A stretch of DNA of 64,000 nucleotides from Tricharina praecox. Taxonomy: Eukaryota. A program made the position numbers and the translations under genes. The notes beneath the pieces are model-generated. The model was not told the DNA's origin and did no database searches. It saw only the letters and a list, made by a program, of their open reading frames with translations. Shown piece after piece: positions 57,749-64,000 of the stretch. The stretch spans positions 1,302,001 to 1,366,000 of the forward strand of contig NW_026250407.1 in the NCBI RefSeq assembly GCF_024521635.1. The letters are read 5' to 3'. Within the stretch, counting starts at the first letter, position 1; every line of letters begins with the position of its first letter.

Positions 57749-58937
57749 TCAACAAACAGTAGGCACATACATAGGTACATATTCAAGAGCACTATGGCAG
57801 GGCAGGACAGTTAGGCGGGTTGGACAGGTCACAGTGGCGTGGAACCGGAGTGTGTACATATATTGCCATGATTTATTTAGGTCGCAAGCAATTACTAACT
57901 CAGCAAAAACAAAATCCAAGTCCATCACCAATGTTCGTCCGATCCAATTCCTCACCGCGTTTTCCCTAACGGACTCGTTCGACAAACTCGTTTGCAATGT
58001 TTCGTGATCGTCTAGATACCCTCGTACGGTCTGAATGTTCGAAGTTAGGTACATTCTTTCATAATCCAAAAAGTTGAAACAAAGAGACAGGACATACCCG
58101 CATCGCCGGTGGGCGGTCGTCTGGTTTGCTTTTCGTCTCAGCCAACGACTAATACTCGGTCGTTGATGTGACGTAGAAACGTCACACTCCTCCAGCTGAG
58201 GTCTGCCAGGATTCTCATCAAGCGATCGGCATGCCATAGAAGATCCTATACCTCTATGTGTGCCGTATCACGTTGAGCCGTGATTTTCTTCAGGACAGCG
58301 AGTACCTGATGATTGGTTAGCTACATAAGCCCCGGCAGTGATACTCATTAAGTGGTAACTTACGTCCCCGAAGGGGAGGGGGGGGAATCATTCCCCCCGA
58401 TATCAGTGCGACGCCCGCCATGTTTCCGTCTGGCATAGGAATATCTAACCCCTCGAAGAGGTCATTGAAATCAAATACGTTGCCTGGCATGCCGCCCTGC
58501 TGGTCCAGGGCAGGGTCAAAAGCGGGGTTACCATCCACAGGATCCCCTTCCGGTCTGAAGTAATTGCCGCCTGGAGAGCCATAGCCTGGGCGCGTCGGGG
58601 GGACATAGACAGCCTTGTGGTTGGGTATATCGGGGTTTGGTGGTTCCAAAAGCGCTGGGTCGATGTATTAGCGGCTCCCAGTTGTTGCCGGGGAATGTCG
58701 TCGTGCCGCTGCTGCGGCTGCGGTGGCGGATAACTGCCCTCATGGGGCTAATCGGGCTGGCCAGTGGCCGCCGGGTGAGTTGAGGGTGGTTGATGTTGAT
58801 GTTGATGTTGATGTCTGTGTTGAGGAGAGAGGGTGGAGAGAGAGCGGAGAGGGGAGAGAGAGGAGCCTTTTATAAGAAGGGTGGGTGCGGCTGGGTGCGG
58901 TCGGTGCGGTCGGTGCGGCCGGTACTGAGGCCGCATC
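57749..58937 (-). pseudogene. Paralogous degenerate gene sharing the TATA/5' block and cassette copy 4
   Basis: 58685-58937 is homologous to 57000-57234. Peptide HQHQPPSTHPAATGQPD*PHEGSY...IDPALL...FDPAL. Intron 58306-58363. The next exon begins VLAV, as after cassette copy 1. Confidence 0.55.
58306..58400 (-). repeat. Exon-piece + intron cassette, copy 4
   Basis: GGGGGGAATGATTCCCCCCC...CTTCGGGGAC|GTAAGTTACCAC...TCACTGCCGGGGCTTATGTAGCTAACCAATCATCAG. Confidence 0.85.
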
Positions 58938-59751
58938 CCTGCGCTCACACACGCTGAAGAACTACTTAGATACATATTCGAGATATCACTCGGTAGTACC
59001 AAGTGACATGCCTTGCGCTGCCGGCTTTTTTTTTGTTTAAACATCAAGATACACTCCACAACAGTCCCATGGCTAATATCGAAGAAAGAAGGGATCAGAA
59101 GGGCTGACCTTCGTCATCGTATCCGTTGTCGTCAAGGACGATAGATAGGAAAGGAAATAGCAAGCTGTATAGTCTAACCATCGCCGCCAACGCCCTGTCT
59201 CGGCCATGGCGCATGCCGCCGAGGACTGCGATGGCGAGTTTGGATGGTAGGAAGCTGCGGCTTGCATTGCTATGGTTATGTGCCGGTTTTCGACATGCAA
59301 CGCTCCAGCCTCCGGGGGCGCTGGTAAATGATCAGTATTGGGGGGCGGAGATGAGCAGGACTAGGGTCTCGCTTTGTATGTGATGGCTCGAAGAATATTT
59401 CCCCTCTTTCTGCTGCCCGGACTCCTCCGTGAGACGCTTCTAGGTATGTACATAGCCGCACTGCTCCGCCGGCAAAACCTCGATCCGATATCTTCCTTCG
59501 TTTCGAGATCCCCGCCAGGCCCGCGCTTTCATTCCCATGTCTCTACTGACCGAATGCGCACCGAGCCCGTAACTACCAGTATGTCGTTTTCGTCGGCGGG
59601 ATATGTCTATGTAGTAGCGTCTCATCCTAGCCTGCGTGAATTGCCAGCGGCCCGACGTCGATCTCCGGTGCACACCTATTATAGTGCCCGGAGGGTCTCC
59701 GGCAATGGCAATGGGCGAGGACTCGGGTTGGGCATTGAAATTCGTCTGAAG

Positions 59752-60150
59752 GATCAATCGATACGGATGGACGAGAATGAGCCTGGCTGGCAACGTTGAC
59801 GTGCCGCGGCAGCCTACCGTTGAATGAAGCTGGATAAATGTCCGAGTTTAGTGGCGATCCACGTACGGCAAGACTGGATGTTCGCAACTGCCTGTGTCTA
59901 GAGTATTTCCCCACACAGGATACGGTATAGCGACTGTTATCGTGAATGTACCTACCTACGCTGTACACGATGGCGGCTTCCTTCGAACCGCCAGTTGCCG
60001 GTGAATACTAAGCCTTCCGGCCGCACCGGGCAGATAGTTCGATAGCAACTTGCTGGTATGTGTGTCACCACGGATGCGTGTCGTATCACAAAATCTCGTT
60101 CGTTTTCCGGATGTATTGCAGATGGTACCTAGCCGATTCCATCTGGAGCC
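59752..60150 (+). repeat. ~395-bp direct repeat, right copy
   Basis: Colinear, diverged homolog of 54931-55325. Confidence 0.9.
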
Positions 60151-60614
60151 ACCACATGTAGTGGCTACAGCGTAACGCTCGGTGTAGCCTTGCCATGGGA
60201 TCGTGACGTACCCACCTGGTGGTCCAATGTTGACGGCGGTAGATAATTCGTGACGAACTTTGTGGCTGGTGGTCAGCGGCACACGATCGGGGATAACCGT
60301 TTACTCGCTACTGCGGACGTGATTGACGACTTGAAGTGAATCGGGATGTAACGGCGTCTTGAGCGCGCCAATACTCGTATGCTACAGATATAGTTAGAAC
60401 ATGCGTATTGCGGGGCTGTGGCCGAACAATCAGCCCTCTAGTTCGCCCAGAGGCCAAGGCAAGGTACGGTACCTCAAGGCAGACACGAGTGGTATCAGTG
60501 GCACAGCCCGAGTACTCACCACGGGTGCCATGAGTACCTGGAGATTCCATCGTTCCGTGCTCGACTAGAAGTGAGGCATAGCTAGGCCGGCGGTAGTTAC
60601 GCCACGTTCGTGTC

Positions 60615-61346
60615 ATGTAACTGCGAGTGTGCGAATACTGTTCTGGCTGGAATTATGGTCTTTAACCGGATCGCGATAATTGCTGCCTACATACCTACTG
60701 TGAAGATGTTCCGCGACCATCGTCCGTTATAGCAGTTCCGGCACCGGTACCACAGCAAACCGGCGGCACGGTCACGGCAACCCCCACAATTCCAACTTCG
60801 GAGATCTTTCTCAACCCCACCATCGATCCGGCAATCCCAATCGCCGCCCCTCTCCTCGAACCCGGCGATGAACGTCAGCCCACCGCAACAACAACCACAT
60901 TCCAAGCACCGATTGGGCCTGCACCTGGTGTTGGAACCAGCACCTTCGTGCCTATGCCGGGCTATCGGGATCAGCCCAATGACAATGGGATAGGGATCCG
61001 ACACACCGTTGGTGCGATCGTTGGCTTGGTCGGCTTGGTGATAATGCTCATCATTGTGGCTTGCCTTTTTGGGAGGAGGAGAAAGAAGCAAAAGGCACTA
61101 CTACTGGGTGGTAACGGAAGGGCCGGATCGACGGACTCGAGAATGATGCTTGTTAGAGTGGGTTCAGAGGATGGTTCGGCGGCGTCACCGCCGTCTTATC
61201 TGGAGGCCGTAAAGGGAAGAAGGGTGGAGGGTGAAATGGCGGCGGGTGCAGTGAGAGATTCCGCTTCTCCTGGGCTGCAGTTTGGTGCACCTCCTAGGTA
61301 CGAGAATGGTGCGATGTCCGCTGAGGGCCTGGGTGGTGTGAGATAG
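60615..61346 (+). pseudogene. Single-pass membrane protein with two cytoplasmic PPxY motifs; 5' Cys-rich part interrupted by TAA codons (or true start/exon unresolved)
   Basis: Frame is open 60666-61346: Pro/Thr stalk, TM VGAIVGLVGLVIMLIIVACLF-GRRRKK, PPSY and PPRY. Upstream in the same frame reads M*LRVCEYCSGWNYGL*PDRDNCCLHTYC. Confidence 0.55.
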
Positions 61347-64000
61347 CGCAGCAGGGTAGGCTGGATGATGTACCATAGCCGTCTGATGGGGATTTGCTGG
61401 CGTTCGTGGTGCTTCTGGAGTTGCATATATAGAGGTTGGTGGCTGTATTATGTATAGGAAAACCAGTAATGGACTGGGACTCGGGGAAGTGGACATTGTT
61501 GCAAACAGATTCCCCGACTCAGGCTGAAAAATGGCTCCATCCAGATGCGATACTTACCTGTCCAGCAGTAGCGATATCATGTGGATATAATATACGCAAC
61601 TTCCTTTGGTCCCGCCTGCTGGTAGAAATCTTCAAAGCCCTTCAACTTCAGACATCACCACCTCCCCATTTTACTAGTCGATCAGGGCTTGGGGTTTTAG
61701 TAAACCTTGTATCCAGTGGATGACCGCCCATCGTTCCGTGCCCAACGGCAGTGATTCTCTGTGGCCCAAGCCGTTCCGTTGCGGCCAGCCCAGCCATGCG
61801 GCGGATAAAGTTTGAAAGTTTACACATCATCCAAACGCAATGTTTGATTCCCCAATGAAACCATGTCCCTCGAACTCCGCCTGAAGGACCAACATTCCAC
61901 CATCTACCATCACCTTCAACTTGAATCCATCTTCAACGGCTGTGTGAGGATCTCAGCCGTTCTGAAAAGTGGAAGTTCCATCCGGGGGAACCCATGTAAC
62001 CGAAGATTCACCTTACGCTCCGTAAGTTCCAGGCTCGAGCGAAGCTTTCCCACAGAGAGTCAAATTTAAAGCTCAACATAAACGCAGGTCAGTTCCCTCC
62101 TGCCCCGCCTCCATCGCATACCATCGCATACACTCCGAGCATCGGCGACATGACGGCACGAACAGGCTCCCTGACAGATGGCTACGTATTCGCGGACCTA
62201 CCTCTGGGCCTCATCAGCAGCGGCTGGGAGGATGTTTCACCAGAGGAAAGAGGAACGGCCGAAGAAGAGCAGGCCTTGGAGGAGTTGAAAAGCATCATGG
62301 GCGGGACTGAGTTTCACGGTGTCGGTCAGTCGATAAGGGAGTTTGGGGTCTTTTCTGGGGTACGTTTGCTTCCGGGAAGAGCAGTGGTAACTAACCACAG
62401 GAGAAAGGACTGACTGACTGGTTGGCAGAAGTGGGTGCGGAGCTTGGGTCGGGCGGCGTGGAGTGATTTGGCAAGTACCGGGGTGATAATACCAGATGTT
62501 GCGGCGACTACACGGTGTGCGCGATGCTCGGGGATATAGGGTTGCGTGTCTGAGGGTGTCTGGGAGGCGCGGTGTCATGAGGACCTTGTTTTCTGTCATT
62601 AATTGTATTCCAACGAGCTTTCAGATGACTTCAAAAGTGGCCGGACACGCCGCACTACCTACTCTAAGCAGTGGTGTGACGTCGTTCATAGAACAGGGTT
62701 GATGTATGCCGTGACCTTCGTCGAAGTTCCAACTTGACGAGCCCACAGCAGGTACTCCTGCTACAGCACTCCACCCAACACCTCCACATCTCAGCCCTGA
62801 TGACATCTTTCCTCCAACATTCACCTTCTGATACCCTTGGATCCGACACTTCCGAAGTCATCTAATACGCCAGCGGAGGCCTTTGCGGCGGTCGTACACA
62901 GCAAGTTCAAGTTCAAATACAGACTTTCCGAATCGATTCCATCATCCGCCAAATACAGAGGATGTCCTCAACTAGACGCCTGATGGAGCGACAGCAGTAT
63001 ATGCCCTGGCCCTACCGCGATACCGAAGGGGCGTCCTATGAGCGAGTCTCGTGGTATGTAGGCATGCTGAGAACCCTCGAAGGTACACATGATGAAGATC
63101 AACGCGTGCACAGTGTGGATGGTGTGGGAGGTAAGTTTCTCGCGGTTTATTGAAGCGCGATCCGAGTTAGGAAGATCCTACCTAGGGCTTCTGATCAAAC
63201 AGCATTTCTCGGGCGAATTATTCCAGTCTCTTTTTCCAGGTGGAATACTTACGATTCACCTTGACTCCCGCAGTGCCGATCAGGAGGAGGTTGTTTGATC
63301 GTCCCGGACGGGGCGGGCGCTGGTCGAGGCCCTCCCACATTCCGGAACTTTTTTTCGCCCGCTTGCGCCGAATGCACGGGCCGGGCCGAAGCCAACGTCA
63401 GACGAGCTCCCCCGCATGCATGTATGTGTACGGCTAAGCAACTAGGGTTCCCCGCATAGATATCTGACCGGCAACTCTAGCTAGCCACCGGTCATCGGAT
63501 ATAAATATCTTTCCGAACCCTCAAGGAACGCGGAGCGCCCGCAGTAGATCGCGGTAAATACGCAGTATTCTGGGGAATGATCCGGACGCAGTGGTTGGAC
63601 CGGAAAGGTTCCGGGCACACCACCCCAAGTTAACAATTTGAGAAATTGCGTACTGTGGGACACAGCGGAAACGGCGGGCATGGTAGATGCACGAGCGGTG
63701 AAATTTCGCCGACCTAGCTAGACCAGATTTGGTGGGGTCAAACGTTCAGAGTGCTCTTGTTTATTTTGCCGGCGGTCTGTCTGTCTGTCTCATCGTCCAT
63801 CATCATTGTTTTCATCATTGCTTTCATCGTCTGTTTTCTTTGCCGGTTAGGTACTTGATTTGTCTAAGGGGTTGTCTGGTCGTTTCTTTAGTGTGCTCTC
63901 TTGCTATTGGGTCTCCTGAATTTTACAGGAGGTCTTTCTTCTTTCACGAATCATTTCTCTCTTCGTGACTTGTACTTGACTTTCTTCACCCTCGTCACAA

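Noticed and set aside
56130..58400. CRISPR-like reading of the four interspersed repeats
   Set aside because: Eukaryotic context, repeats ~100 bp, irregular spacers of hundreds to more than 1000 bp, no cas genes.
54931..60150. Calling the direct repeats bona fide LTRs
   Set aside because: No TG...CA termini, target-site duplication, PBS/PPT or gag-pol seen; kept only as a hypothesis.
59735..62069. Similarity IEIRLKDQ (59735) versus LELRLKDQ (61870), faintly arrestin-N-like
   Set aside because: Match is only ~25 nt; too short to support homology without a search.
62150..63300. Short ORFs with splice-like signals and stop-interrupted frames
   Set aside because: Probably decayed gene remnants, but I could not build a consistent model or recognise a family.

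Overview
Eukaryotic DNA from a filamentous ascomycete: short GT-AG introns with CTRAC branch points, a dispersed 5S gene and fungal-type genes. A Pezizomycete origin is my guess only. Intron-corrected genes: CFEM-domain single-pass membrane protein, divergent annexin, tail-anchored protoglobin, a hypothetical protein, GON7, VPS39/VAM6, a NYN/PIN-like + tandem CCCH protein, a Mug190-like SMP/C2 protein (one GC-AG intron), HMG-CoA lyase, and a secreted tyrosinase fused to a Tyr-rich 9-aa repeat tail. The window opens inside a 5S rRNA-like sequence carrying an 8-nt insertion. The stretch 54.9-60.2 kb is a mosaic bounded by ~395-bp diverged direct repeats. It holds LINE fragments, a JmjC-family gene fragment, a duplicated TATA/5' block, and four copies of a ~100-bp cassette made of a short exon piece (GGNxFPxPFGD) plus a complete spliceosomal intron. 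Several reading frames are broken by stops consistent with C>T changes at Gln codons. All family assignments are motif recognition by eye; no database searches were run.
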